64,000 nt of DNA from a virus, in the IMG/VR virus record IMGVR_UViG_3300049434_000042, positions 2,265 through 66,264 of that record; one strand, written 5' to 3'. The translations under genes and the position numbers were made by a program. The notes below the pieces were generated by a model. That model did no database searches. It was not told the DNA's origin and worked only from the letters and a program-made list of their open reading frames with translations. Each line of letters opens with the position of its first letter. Within the stretch, counting starts at the first letter, position 1. Shown in pieces: positions 27,636 to 36,987 of this stretch.

Positions 27636-28006
27636 CTGCCGCGGGTGGCGAAGCGTAGGGCCCGGCGCCACCAGCGGCGGTACGCGCGCCGGCTTCGGCG
27701 GAGGGTGAAGAGCGCGCGGTCGGTGTCGACGAGATCGGGGATCCGTTGGTCTTCGGGGCAGAGCTCCTCCCGCCACGCGCCGAGCAGGGCCCGGAGCACG
27801 TTCTCCTGATCGGCGAAGGCAGCGTCGGTGAGTGTCTTACTGTCGAGGATGGCGGCGAGGGTCTCGCGTTCCGCGTCGGTGATCCTGCCGCCGGCGGCAA
27901 TCACGTTGAGCATGTCGTCGTCGCGCTGTACCGCTGCCAGGTCGGCGACGGTCTCGTCGGTCGGGCGGCCGTAGTGGCTACGGGGGGTGCCGCCGGTGCC
28001 GTTCAC
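27626..28006 (-). CDS. Anti-sigma-D factor RsdA-like N-terminal domain protein
   Basis: DLAAVQRDDDMLNVIAAG...LRALLGAWREEL resembles the RsdA SigD-binding domain; no TM segment. Confidence 0.6.
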   Translation of the reverse strand: MNGTGGTPRSHYGRPTDETVADLAAVQRDDDMLNVIAAGGRITDAERETLAAILDSKTLTDAAFADQENVLRALLGAWREELCPEDQRIPDLVDTDRALFTLRRSRRAYRRWWRRALRFATRGRWK

Positions 28007-28323
28007 AGCAGGACGTCGAGGTCGATGCGGGCGTTGTCGACGAGCATGGGCCGGACGAGACGCTCGGCGCATTCGGGGCACTGCAGCTCGTCGACGTCGG
28101 GGACTGCGACGGTGCCGAGGCCGTGGGCGGAGTCGGTGCCGCAAGTCGACGTCGTCCAGACCTGCACTCCATCGGTGGTCTCGACCGCTTCGGCGTTAAC
28201 GATCCAGTCCACCTCGGTCATACCGTCGAGCCGGGCGATCGTGTGGTTTTGAGCTTCGACCCTGCGTGCGGTCCGGTCGACGGCGGAGAGGATCTCTGCG
28301 TTGAGTGCGGTAGCGATGGTCAT
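28003..28323 (-). CDS. Hypothetical protein
   Basis: GGAGG RBS; CPECA. Confidence 0.65.
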   Translation of the reverse strand: MTIATALNAEILSAVDRTARRVEAQNHTIARLDGMTEVDWIVNAEAVETTDGVQVWTTSTCGTDSAHGLGTVAVPDVDELQCPECAERLVRPMLVDNARIDLDVLL

Positions 28324-28406
28324 TGTGTGTTCCTCCGTGCTGTGTCGGTGTCCCGTCGGACCCTGACCTCCCCGATACTACTGTCCTACGGGTCAGGTCA
28401 CAAAGA

Positions 28407-28448
28407 ATAGATCCGGTGCAGGGCGTGTGTGCCTTACACCGGATCTAT
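28407..28448 (-). terminator. Hairpin terminator
   Basis: ATAGATCCGGTG / CACCGGATCTAT stem followed by TCTTT on - strand. Confidence 0.65.
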
Positions 28449-28472
28449 CGGGTACTGCTGGCGGATCGTTAC
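28447..28472 (-). promoter_or_regulatory. SigD-like promoter
   Basis: GTAAC-N17-CGATAG on - strand. Confidence 0.65.
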
Positions 28473-28475
28473 AGG

Positions 28476-29090
28476 TCAGCCGACCTTGACGAAGTCCTTA
28501 CATCCGCTGAACTTGACGGCTTTGTCGGTCGGCTCGATGGTGACCACTGCGGGGCCCTGACTGACGTCGCTTGTGATGATCTCGTTCAGGGTGCCTCCGG
28601 TACCGGAGAGCCGCTGCCACATGCACACCGGGATCACGCTCGGAGTCGGGCCGGCTGACTTATAGGTACCGGAGGGGATCTCGGCGCCGACGAGCCAGCT
28701 TCCGTCACCGAAGCTCTCGACCATGTGTAGCTGTCCGGCGCCGGCGGCGTGACCGGTCGAGGGTGCCACTGCAGGGACCATGGTCGGCGATCCGTCGTGG
28801 GAGGCGTGGCTAGCGATGGCGAACACTCCGACGGTGACCAGCAGGCCGAAGAATGCGCCGATGGCGCCGAGGACGATGCCGGCTACGGCTTGACCGGATC
28901 CGACGTCCGGGCCTCGGCGGGCTTGGCGGTAACCCATGATGCCGACGCCGAGCGCGAGGCTGGCGGTAAAGAAGCCGACGATCGGTACCCAACAGAAGAA
29001 CACGCCGAGGATGCCGAGGACGAGGGCGACCGTGGCCGGTTTGTTGCCGCGTGAGGGTGCAGGGGTGGGCTGGTCGATTACGGTGGTCAT
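28476..29090 (-). CDS. DUF4190-like membrane protein with extracellular domain
   Basis: N..A..ALVLGI..G.GQAVAGIVLG; FGDG.WLVG..I..GTY..C.W.RL..F.GC. Confidence 0.8.
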   Translation of the reverse strand: MTTVIDQPTPAPSRGNKPATVALVLGILGVFFCWVPIVGFFTASLALGVGIMGYRQARRGPDVGSGQAVAGIVLGAIGAFFGLLVTVGVFAIASHASHDGSPTMVPAVAPSTGHAAGAGQLHMVESFGDGSWLVGAEIPSGTYKSAGPTPSVIPVCMWQRLSGTGGTLNEIITSDVSQGPAVVTIEPTDKAVKFSGCKDFVKVG

Positions 29091-29110
29091 TGCGGAGTCC
29101 TTTCCGTTGG

Positions 29111-29152
29111 GGCCCGGTCGGAGTGTTCGGAGCGGGATGCTCCGACCGGGCC
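29111..29152 (-). terminator. Hairpin
   Basis: GGCCCGGTCGGAG / CTCCGACCGGGCC 13-bp inverted repeat. Confidence 0.6.
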
Positions 29153-29174
29153 GGTAGTTACTTACATGCGGTGT

Positions 29175-29199
29175 ATCGCCGGCGGGCGGAGAGTGTTAC
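29175..29199 (-). promoter_or_regulatory. SigD-like promoter (N16 spacer)
   Basis: GTAAC-N16-CGATAC. Confidence 0.5.
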
Positions 29200-29990
29200 A
29201 CCGGCAGGGGGTCGGGCTCGACTCGAACTGGGAGCTCGGGATCGAAGACGCGGACGGTCGGGGCGAGGTGTTCGCCGTTGTCGGCGTCGAGGGGTACAGG
29301 CATGGCTACGCAGTGCCAGCCTCCGCCGACTTCCCAGACCCATCCTTTTAGTTGGTGCTGCTGATAGCAGCGGATGTCCATCTTCCGGCGTTTCGCGACG
29401 GCGGAGATGAGGGCGAGGTTCTCGGCTCGTAGGCCGGTGCCGTAGCTGGCGGGGATGACTTTGCCGTCGACTTTGACCTCGGCGCCGATCTTCGGGGTCA
29501 ATTTGTTCACGATGTCGCGGGGGAAGTCGGTCGAGTCGAGGAGGTGGACGGTGAGCACTTTGCCCCCGGGGATGGTTTGGGGATCCTCCCGGAAGGTCAA
29601 GGTCTCGCCGGAGAGCTCGATCTCCGTTTGGTGGGTGCGGTCTTTGCCCAGTGTGTTGATCAGGGGGCGGAAGAGGTCGATGACGGCGTTGACGTCGACG
29701 GCGGCGACGAGGCAGGGCCGGTGAAAGGTGCCGCCGGAGTCCACCCATGTGTGAGCTTGAGCGATGATTTTGCCGTTTAGCGCGGTGGCGACGAGCAGGC
29801 CAGTCTCGACGGTGTCGAGCATGGATTCAGTGCCGCCGTCTTCGTCGTCGGGGATGGCAAACTCGCCCGTCGAAGTGTGCAGCAGCACGGCGGTGAGGTG
29901 CGGTACGAGGTCTTTCGCTTTCGCTGCGCAGCAGATGGTGTCTTTGAGCAGCGCGACGAGGGTGCGGGTAGGCAGGGTTACTCGGCTCAT
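29196..29990 (-). CDS. Beta-clamp-like (DnaN fold) protein
   Basis: L..LL...AAK...P.L.AVLL..LVAT...I.A..DFP..AMP pattern; located in the replication module. Confidence 0.45.
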   Translation of the reverse strand: MSRVTLPTRTLVALLKDTICCAAKAKDLVPHLTAVLLHTSTGEFAIPDDEDGGTESMLDTVETGLLVATALNGKIIAQAHTWVDSGGTFHRPCLVAAVDVNAVIDLFRPLINTLGKDRTHQTEIELSGETLTFREDPQTIPGGKVLTVHLLDSTDFPRDIVNKLTPKIGAEVKVDGKVIPASYGTGLRAENLALISAVAKRRKMDIRCYQQHQLKGWVWEVGGGWHCVAMPVPLDADNGEHLAPTVRVFDPELPVRVEPDPLPV

Positions 29991-30460
29991 GCGGCGATCC
30001 TTTCTGCGGGGGCGAACTGTGGACAGTGGCGGCCGGCGACGGTGCCGTCGGGTAGCCACTCGGCGTGGCCGTTTCGGCGTAGCCAGTCGATCTGACGTTC
30101 GGTGAGCCACTCGCGGCGAATCTTGAGTCGGCCGGAGTCTTTCGCGACGTGGTGACCGTTCGCGGTCTCGTCGCACAGTGGCCAGCCGTTCTCGACGACG
30201 GACGGGCCACCTTGTGAGCGCTTAATCAGGTGATCCATTTGTGTTCGGGTGCTGCCGCAGCCGGGTATCGAGCACACCGGTCCGTACTCGGCGGTGCATT
30301 GCGCGTGCCAGGGTGCGTCGTTTCGGCGTCTGCTCTTGGAGCTGCAGCCGGCGGGGCGGGGTTGCTTGGACATGCCGCGGGCCCGTCGGGCGGTTGCCTG
30401 ACGGGCCTCATAGGCGCGGATTTTCTCGAGACTGGGGCGGGCGAAGCCGCTGCGTTTCAC
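29987..30460 (-). CDS. HNH endonuclease
   Basis: C..PGC..MDHLIKRSQGG...N..PLC..HH. Confidence 0.85.
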   Translation of the reverse strand: MKRSGFARPSLEKIRAYEARQATARRARGMSKQPRPAGCSSKSRRRNDAPWHAQCTAEYGPVCSIPGCGSTRTQMDHLIKRSQGGPSVVENGWPLCDETANGHHVAKDSGRLKIRREWLTERQIDWLRRNGHAEWLPDGTVAGRHCPQFAPAERIAA

Positions 30461-31767
30461 ACGGTCTCCTCTTCTGCAGGTGCTTTCTTGCGGCTGACTT
30501 TTTTCCCTGCCGGCGCGCGGCTGGCGCAGTTGAGGAGGTCGTCACGCAGCGAAGGGTCGAGGGTGGCGCCGGCGCGTTTGAGGGATTCACCGGAGCCGGT
30601 CAGGGCGAGGCGGTATTCGGCCTCGTGGTCAGGGAGGAGGAGGTCGGCGACGGCGACGGGGTCGACGGTGACTTTCGTCGCCTCTTCCGACGTCCAGATT
30701 TGCTCACCGATGCGGAGGGTTTTCGCGGCGTGTGTTTCCTGATCGAGTGCGCCTCGGAGGTCGTCGACTTGATTTTTGAGGAGCTTCGAGACCATGGATG
30801 CCCGGGGGTAGGTCTCGGCTAGCTGCCGCGGAGTGCGCCCGGACATGCGGACTCGCATGCTTTCGCCGACGTCGGGCAGTGCTTGCCAGGCAGGGCAGCC
30901 GAAGCGCACCGCGCAGTAGGTACACCCGTCGTTGAGGATTGGTGCCGGCGCGTTGTCGCGGAGCATGGTTCGGGCCATGGCGCAGGCCCACGCGTACCAG
31001 AGATCGCGTTCGCCTTTCGAGTACTCGTGGGCGAGGTCTCGGTAGCGGAGCAGGTCGAGGTAGCAGACGACGCGGTCGGGCGGGGTGCCGTACTTCTGTG
31101 CCCACCACTGTCGGATGAGCCAGTCATAGCCGAGGAGCTGGACGTCGCCGCGGAGGCTCTCGCGCTCGACGGGGCGGGCGGCTGATTTGTGGTCGATGAC
31201 GCGGGCGACGGTTTCGTCTTCGTCGTTGGGGTCGATCGAGACGTTGTCGATGATGCCTCGGAAGTAGACCGGGCCGAAGTCGTCGTCGACGTAGAGCTCG
31301 AATGTTGCGTCGAGCTCGGTCGCGATGGTGGCGTAGCGGTTCAGGGGCCCGCCGCGGTCGAGGTAGCCGAGGAGTATTTCGACGGCGTCGGCGTAGTCGG
31401 GCATCGTGAGTGACGGTGACCAGACGCGGCCGAGTGCGTCTTCCGGGCCGATCGCGTCGGTCTCCATGAGGTGCAGCGCAGAGTGTAGGACGGTGCCGAG
31501 CTCACTGGGGCGGGTAACGAGCTCGGGTGTCTCTCCGTGGCCGTAGGTCAGGGCGTAGGCCCGTGGGCAGCCTCGGACCTCTTCGGCGTTGGTGCCGAGT
31601 AGGTCGACGGCTCCGTATCGGCGGTACTGGCTTATGGATACCTGCGGGTGGCCCTGCGAGTTGCGGGGGACGATCAGGGTTGGTGGTGCGGGGTCGTGGT
31701 ATCCGCGTCGGTGTGGTGGGAGCGCGCAGGTTCCCCCGGGGCACGGTTCGCCGCATGTGGTGGTCAT
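30457..31767 (-). CDS. PD-(D/E)XK RecB/Cas4-like exonuclease
   Basis: S.SQ..CPR..GT.LH.AL; RGIID; VIDHKS; QL.GY; C..C....CP. Confidence 0.85.
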   Translation of the reverse strand: MTTTCGEPCPGGTCALPPHRRGYHDPAPPTLIVPRNSQGHPQVSISQYRRYGAVDLLGTNAEEVRGCPRAYALTYGHGETPELVTRPSELGTVLHSALHLMETDAIGPEDALGRVWSPSLTMPDYADAVEILLGYLDRGGPLNRYATIATELDATFELYVDDDFGPVYFRGIIDNVSIDPNDEDETVARVIDHKSAARPVERESLRGDVQLLGYDWLIRQWWAQKYGTPPDRVVCYLDLLRYRDLAHEYSKGERDLWYAWACAMARTMLRDNAPAPILNDGCTYCAVRFGCPAWQALPDVGESMRVRMSGRTPRQLAETYPRASMVSKLLKNQVDDLRGALDQETHAAKTLRIGEQIWTSEEATKVTVDPVAVADLLLPDHEAEYRLALTGSGESLKRAGATLDPSLRDDLLNCASRAPAGKKVSRKKAPAEEETV

Positions 31768-32129
31768 TAGAAAGCGGGCTCCTCTCCCGGCTCGATCCGG
31801 GGTGCTGGTGGTGTACGTACGAGGGTGGCGACCATGGCCCGGACGTGGGTCTTCCGCTCTTTCTTGCCGCGGGAGACCTCGACTTCCTGCTGCGTGAGCT
31901 CACCGACGATGTGGACGAAGGCGCCTTTCTGCCAGGTGGCGACGAGCTCGGCGACGTCTTCCCACGCTTGGACTCTGACGAAGACGGTTTCGACGATGTC
32001 GGCTTCGGTGCGCCGGTCATAGCGGACGTGCTTAACGATCACGGTCAGGGTTGCTCGGATGGCGCGCTGGCCGACGTCTTCGAGGTCGGGCTCTTTGAGG
32101 AGGATCCCGGCGATCTCTACGCGGTTCAT
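31767..32129 (-). CDS. ssb: Single-stranded DNA-binding protein
   Basis: N.V.I.G.L..EP; T.F..V.AW..AE...KG..V...G.L; acidic EEPAF tail. Confidence 0.85.
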   Translation of the reverse strand: MNRVEIAGILLKEPDLEDVGQRAIRATLTVIVKHVRYDRRTEADIVETVFVRVQAWEDVAELVATWQKGAFVHIVGELTQQEVEVSRGKKERKTHVRAMVATLVRTPPAPRIEPGEEPAF

Positions 32130-32337
32130 GCTTCGACCTGCCTTTCATGCTTTGCCGCTTGACCGCTCGGCGTCTTAGGGTGGTGATCAGACGGTGAGTG
32201 ACACGGTCCCGACGGGGACCTAGTCGGTTGCTCTGCCGTCGGGCCCCCCTGCCGGACGGTTTTGGGAAGGTGAGCTGCAGTGTCTAGCCATCCGCTGCGC
32301 TCCCCCTCCGTGCTGGCCGTTCGCCAGGGGGCCCACC

Positions 32338-33147
32338 TCATACCTCCTGTTTCGTCGCCATGCGGGACTCTTCGATCTCTCGGATCGAGCGTTTGATCGC
32401 GTTGCGCATGATGGCGGCGTTCTCGACGGAAAGCCGGCGGATCTCGATTGCTTCGATCGGGCCACCCTCGACGGCGGTCTTGACGACGTCGGTGCCGAGG
32501 CGCTCGCGGCAGTACTTCGCGACGCGGCCGTTCGAGGTCTCTTCGTCTTCGCCGCGTAGGACGCGAACTTGCTCGATCACCGACAGTAGGTCGGCGTGGG
32601 TGTCGCGGGGTGCGGCCGCGCGCTGGTCGTGCTGCCGGACGCGTTCCTCAGTTTTGACGTCGGCGCGTTCGTAGCTTTGTGAGTCGGGCTCTTCGTGTAG
32701 CTCTCGGGTGGGGATGAGGAGGGCCTGCAGTAGGGCGATACGCAGCGCGACGGACATGGCTTTGGGTGTGGATTTGTCACCGGAGTCCATGGCTTCGCCG
32801 GGGACGATGACGTCGAGGAAGTCGATCGGGCCTTGGAAGCGGTAGCCGACGGAGAGGGTGACCTCCCGCATCTTCGAGCCGCTGGTCGAGACGATGTCGC
32901 GGGTCTGCGCGGTGGCCAGTTGGGGCAGGATGAGTATTCCGAGCTCGGCGAACACGGGCGAGACGGTGTTGACGACGTCGTCGATGCCGCGGAAGTCGTA
33001 ATTCTGTTTGACGTTGTGGCCGAGTTTGCCGACGGCGCCGACGCGTCGCTTCGCTTCCATAAGTAGCCGGTAGATCGTCCAAGTGGTGTAGTCGAGGTCG
33101 GTGTCGAGCTCTGCGAGGTCGTCGGGTGCTGGCGCCACGGTGGTCAT
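32338..33147 (-). CDS. ERF-family ssDNA annealing protein
   Basis: V.K.G.N..Q.YDFRGIDDV..GEAMDSGDKST.KAMSVA.R.AL.Q...IPT..PD. Confidence 0.9.
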   Translation of the reverse strand: MTTVAPAPDDLAELDTDLDYTTWTIYRLLMEAKRRVGAVGKLGHNVKQNYDFRGIDDVVNTVSPVFAELGILILPQLATAQTRDIVSTSGSKMREVTLSVGYRFQGPIDFLDVIVPGEAMDSGDKSTPKAMSVALRIALLQALLIPTRELHEEPDSQSYERADVKTEERVRQHDQRAAAPRDTHADLLSVIEQVRVLRGEDEETSNGRVAKYCRERLGTDVVKTAVEGGPIEAIEIRRLSVENAAIMRNAIKRSIREIEESRMATKQEV

Positions 33148-33755
33148 GCGGGGTTCTCCCTCGTCGTTGTGATGTCGAGTACTGCCTCGACACCGATCGA
33201 CCATGCGATCACTTGAGTTATCGCTGTGTGTTCCTCGGGTGTTACACCCTCCGTGACATGCCGGCGGGTGTCGGATTCGCGCCACGGCTGACGGACGGGA
33301 GCGAGGAAGAGGATCTCCCCCCGGTCAGGGGTGACGATGTAAACGATCAGGTAGTCGGGGAGTGCGTCTTTGGGCCGGCGCCCGTCGGGCCGGAGGATCG
33401 GGATCCCTTGGACTGACCAGCCTTGCCAGCGGATGAGTCTGATCGGGGCGACGTGTTGGTTTCGTTGCGAGGTCACGGTGTAGGCGACGTCGAGTTTCGC
33501 GGCCGGCGGCAGTGAGGGCTTGTGCGTGGGTTCGGCGCCGGGATTCACTTCGTAGTAGGCGTACCGGCGGTCGATGTCGGCGTCGTCGGGGTGGTGGCCG
33601 CGCCGGCGGATGACGCCTTTGTCGCGGAGCTGCGCGAGGAGCGCGGTGACGTAGGACGGCGAGATCCGCAGCTCCGCGGCGATCTGGGAGGGACGCATGT
33701 TCTCGGAGATGCAGCGAAAGACCGACCATTCGGCGTCGGTTAGGCCAGGTTGCAT
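33144..33755 (-). CDS. Winged-helix DNA-binding protein
   Basis: LT.AE..V...PSQIA.EL.IS.SYV...L..L.DKG.I. Confidence 0.7.
   Translation of the reverse strand: MQPGLTDAEWSVFRCISENMRPSQIAAELRISPSYVTALLAQLRDKGVIRRRGHHPDDADIDRRYAYYEVNPGAEPTHKPSLPPAAKLDVAYTVTSQRNQHVAPIRLIRWQGWSVQGIPILRPDGRRPKDALPDYLIVYIVTPDRGEILFLAPVRQPWRESDTRRHVTEGVTPEEHTAITQVIAWSIGVEAVLDITTTRENPA
33220..33245 (-). promoter_or_regulatory. SigD-like promoter upstream of erf
   Basis: GTAAC-N17-CGATAA. Confidence 0.65.
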
Positions 33756-33846
33756 CGTGTGATCGCCTCCGTGCTTGTGGTGCGGGGTCGTCACCCCGTG
33801 ACCTGCTGAAACTGATCATACAGTAGGTGGGGGTCGGCCCACAGAG

Positions 33847-35190
33847 TCACATATTGCGACCGACGAACTCGGACCGGGCCCGGGCGTAGTAGCCGGAGAA
33901 CGAGAGGACGACGTCGTCGGTTTGGCCGTTGCGGTTCTTACCGATGATCAGAGTGATCTCTCCGGGGCGGTCCTCTTCGCGGTGCAGGAGGATGACGACG
34001 TGGGCGTCCGCTTCGATCTGGCCGGATTCGCGGAGGTCGGCGACGACGGGCCGGGACTTTGAGCGGGTCTCCGGCCCGCGGTTGAGTTGGTGCAGGAGAA
34101 CGATCGGGATGTCGAGCTCTTTCGCTAGTTGGGTGAGCTCGCGGGACATGCGGGCGACTTCCTCTTGACGGTTGCCGCTCTTCGTCGATACGGCCGTGAT
34201 CAAATTGAGTTGGTCGATGACGACGAGGCCGAGGCCTTCGCGTTTGCGTTGCCGGCAGGCCGCGGCGATCTCGGCGACGGTGATCCCTGACCGGGTGTGG
34301 ACCCATAGCGGCCAGTTGCGGATCCGGTCGGCGCAGCGGATGACGCGGCCGCGGTCCTCTTCGCTGAGCTCGTGGCGGATGAGGTGACGCAGGGGCACGC
34401 TGGCGGTGTCGGCGATAAGCCGGGCCATCACCTCGGATTCGGGCATTTCGAGGGAGAAGAGCAGGGTCGGCACGTTGAGTTGTGCGGCCGCGCGTGCGCA
34501 GGAGAAGCCGATGATGCTCTTGCCGACGCCGGGGCGGGCGGCAACGATGATGAGCTGCCCGCGGCCTAGGCCTCCGTTGAGGATGTCGTCGACGTCTGGC
34601 CACGGGGTCTGTACGACACCGGGTGGCGGTTCGTCGAGGCTGTCTACGTAGCCGTCGACGATGTCGAGCAGTGCTGGCGCGGCAGCGGATTCGCGGAGTG
34701 CAGCCGCGTCGACGAGCTCGCGTGCCATGAGCTGTAGCTCGTCGAGGTCGGCGCCGGATCCGCCGATTTGCCAGATGCGGTGGCCGGCTTGGACGAGGCG
34801 CCGGCGTGATGCTTTCTCGGCGACTATCGAGGCGTAGTAGGTGGCGTTTGCTGCGGTGGGGCATGCGCGGGTGAGGTTGTGTAGCCAGACGCCTCCGCCG
34901 GCGCGGGCGATGTGTTCGTCTCGGCTGGTCTCCTCGAACACGGTCAGCGCGTCGATCGGTTTCCCGGCTGCGCGCATGTCGAGCAGGGTTGACCAGAGTT
35001 GCGCGTGTATGGGCCGGTAGAAGTCGTCGGGGGTGACGATCGCGACGACGTCGTCGAGGACGTGCTCCGACATGAGGACGGCGCCGAGGAGCGCTGCCTC
35101 GGATTCGGTGCTGGCGTCGGGGTCGGCCGCGGTGGCGGTGTCGTCGTCGGGGTAGTCGTCGGGTGGTGGTTCGAGCAGCGTCGAGGTCAT
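33847..35190 (-). CDS. dnaB: Replicative DNA helicase
   Basis: E.A.LG..DFY.P.H; AARPGVGKS; FSLEM; VVIDQL; QLNR; DLRESGQIEADA; KNRNG. Confidence 0.96.
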   Translation of the reverse strand: MTSTLLEPPPDDYPDDDTATAADPDASTESEAALLGAVLMSEHVLDDVVAIVTPDDFYRPIHAQLWSTLLDMRAAGKPIDALTVFEETSRDEHIARAGGGVWLHNLTRACPTAANATYYASIVAEKASRRRLVQAGHRIWQIGGSGADLDELQLMARELVDAAALRESAAAPALLDIVDGYVDSLDEPPPGVVQTPWPDVDDILNGGLGRGQLIIVAARPGVGKSIIGFSCARAAAQLNVPTLLFSLEMPESEVMARLIADTASVPLRHLIRHELSEEDRGRVIRCADRIRNWPLWVHTRSGITVAEIAAACRQRKREGLGLVVIDQLNLITAVSTKSGNRQEEVARMSRELTQLAKELDIPIVLLHQLNRGPETRSKSRPVVADLRESGQIEADAHVVILLHREEDRPGEITLIIGKNRNGQTDDVVLSFSGYYARARSEFVGRNM

Positions 35191-35831
35191 CGTGTGCTCC
35201 GGCGGCGATCGGGCCCGGTGAAGGCGACGCGGGTGCACATTTCGTCGAGCCGGGATGTGGTGCGGTCACCAAACGTGGTCCCGAACTCGGATGATTTGAC
35301 GTTGCTCGTGATGATCGTGGGCCGGAGGTGCTCGTTTCGGTCGTTGATCAGGCCGAGTAGGACGCTCTCGTTCCACGTGGAACGGACCTCCGAGCCCAAA
35401 TCGTCGAGGAGCAGGACGGGGCAGGTGGCGAGGGTGTCGTATTCCTGCTCGGCGTTGACGTCGGGGCGTGGCCGGAGGCGGCCGAAGAGCCGGCGTTCGG
35501 TTAGTGCGCGCCACCTGCAGACGACGACGCCGGCGGAGAGGGCCCGCAGCGCGCCGTAGGCCTCCCAGGTCTTGCCGGTGCCTACGGGCCCGACGAGCAG
35601 CAGTGACCCGCCGGTGCGGATGGTGGGCAGGCCTACTCGGCGTTCGGTGACTGCCCGGTCGACGAGGTCGACTACCCACGAGCGGACGACGGGGTTTGTC
35701 GCAGTGGCGTCGGCGTAGCGGGGAGGGACGTGCTCGGCTGCCCACGCGCGGCCCTGCTCAGTGAGAGCCTCGACGTCGAGTGGGTCGAGGCCGTCTTTGG
35801 TGCTGGCGTAGGCGATCGTTGGATCGGTCAT
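35187..35831 (-). CDS. DnaC/IstB-like helicase loader ATPase
   Basis: GPVGTGKT; LLLDDLGSE; PTIITSN; GDR..SRL.EM..GPDRR. Confidence 0.9.
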   Translation of the reverse strand: MTDPTIAYASTKDGLDPLDVEALTEQGRAWAAEHVPPRYADATATNPVVRSWVVDLVDRAVTERRVGLPTIRTGGSLLLVGPVGTGKTWEAYGALRALSAGVVVCRWRALTERRLFGRLRPRPDVNAEQEYDTLATCPVLLLDDLGSEVRSTWNESVLLGLINDRNEHLRPTIITSNVKSSEFGTTFGDRTTSRLDEMCTRVAFTGPDRRRSTR

Positions 35832-36682
35832 CGGAGTGGCCCTTCGTAATCGAGGTCACTCCGGGTATCGCGGTACGCGGTGTGTCCGTTACGGGCGGTG
35901 CTCGGCGTGCTGGTCGGTGTTTCGTCGTCCCAGCAGCCAGACCGGAGCCACGTCGACGGGTGTTTGACGAGCTTCGGGTCGCGTGAGCAGGTCTCGGCGT
36001 AGCGTTTCGCGCCGAGCGTGAGGGCCTCGACGTCGACGAGTCGCCGGCGCAAGACGGAGTCCCACTCTTTCCGGGCGCCGATCTTGCCGACTTTGCGCGG
36101 GTAAACCGCCCACCATGCGTCGAAAGCGGCTCCGTTCCCGTCGTGGCCGGGTTTAGACCCTGCCTTCGAGGAAGGGGCAGGGGGCATGCCTGGCAGGAGT
36201 AGCTCGTCGGTCGCCGCGCTAGCGGTGATCAAAGGTTTAGGGGTGTTCTTAGGTTGTTGGTCTTCTAGATTCTTAGTCTTCTTACTGCTAGTTGGCTTTA
36301 CCGGCGCCGGGTCAGCCGTCGCCGGAAAACCCGGCGCCGGTTCCGACGTGGGCTTTTGTGGCTGGACGTGCAGCCGGAAGACGACGACGCCGAGTCGGCC
36401 GAAGCGGTCGCGTTCTTGCCGTTTGGTGAGGTAGCCGGCGCGCTGCAGCTCTGTGAAGCGGGCCCGGTGAGCGTCGCGGCCGTCGGTGCTTTGCGCGATG
36501 AGTGCATCGACGGTCATTCGGAAGCCGGGGGCGTTGGAGGCGAGCTCGCAGACCAGTCCTTTCGCGCCGAGGCTGAGCTCGGGGCAGCGGACGATCGAGT
36601 TTGGTACTCGGGTCCAGCCGGGGTCGGCCCATGCGTCGTCTAGTTCGACGTAGGTGCCGGGGTCTGCTCGGCGGTCAGCCAT
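35828..36682 (-). CDS. Phage replication initiator (O-like)
   Basis: T.VPN...LS..AKG; GRDA....EL..AGY; FD.WW..YPRKVGK..A..KHP.TWL...WDDE. Confidence 0.85.
   Translation of the reverse strand: MADRRADPGTYVELDDAWADPGWTRVPNSIVRCPELSLGAKGLVCELASNAPGFRMTVDALIAQSTDGRDAHRARFTELQRAGYLTKRQERDRFGRLGVVVFRLHVQPQKPTSEPAPGFPATADPAPVKPTSSKKTKNLEDQQPKNTPKPLITASAATDELLLPGMPPAPSSKAGSKPGHDGNGAAFDAWWAVYPRKVGKIGARKEWDSVLRRRLVDVEALTLGAKRYAETCSRDPKLVKHPSTWLRSGCWDDETPTSTPSTARNGHTAYRDTRSDLDYEGPLR
35867..35892 (-). promoter_or_regulatory. SigD-like promoter upstream of loader-dnaB
   Basis: GTAAC-N17-CGATAC. Confidence 0.65.
36231..36352. other. Candidate replication origin inside the initiator gene
   Basis: Palindromic iterons CCG(G/T)CGCCGG at 36301, 36316, 36331 (15-bp period) beside an AT-rich tract 36231-36300. 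Confidence 0.65.
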
Positions 36683-36987
36683 GCCGTACCGCGCTGAGGC
36701 TGAGGGTGGCGCCGGGGATCCCTGCTGGGGGGCAGATACCCGGCGCCGCGGGGACAGTACCCCGGATAGCACAAACCCTCGGCGACCGACGCGGGTCTGC
36801 CGAGGGTTGGGCTGGCTTGGCGAGCCTGCACCTTGCGAGTGCAGGGATGACTTTAGCAGGGGTAGGGGACATCAGGGGTGCTCCTCGCAAGGTGTGCGCC
36901 GGGTCTCCGTTGGACGGGCCTGACGGTGTGTCGTTGTCGCGTCTCCGGGTGCCACGCCGGTGACGGACAGAACTTTACTCTCCGTAC

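Noticed and set aside
30457-31767. Cas4-like nuclease as evidence of a CRISPR system
   Set aside because: No repeat-spacer array or other cas genes; sits with ERF and SSB as a standard phage recombination exonuclease
33938-35272. Long Arg/Pro-rich alternative-frame ORFs here and throughout the track
   Set aside because: Shadow ORFs expected in high-GC DNA overlapping well-supported genes
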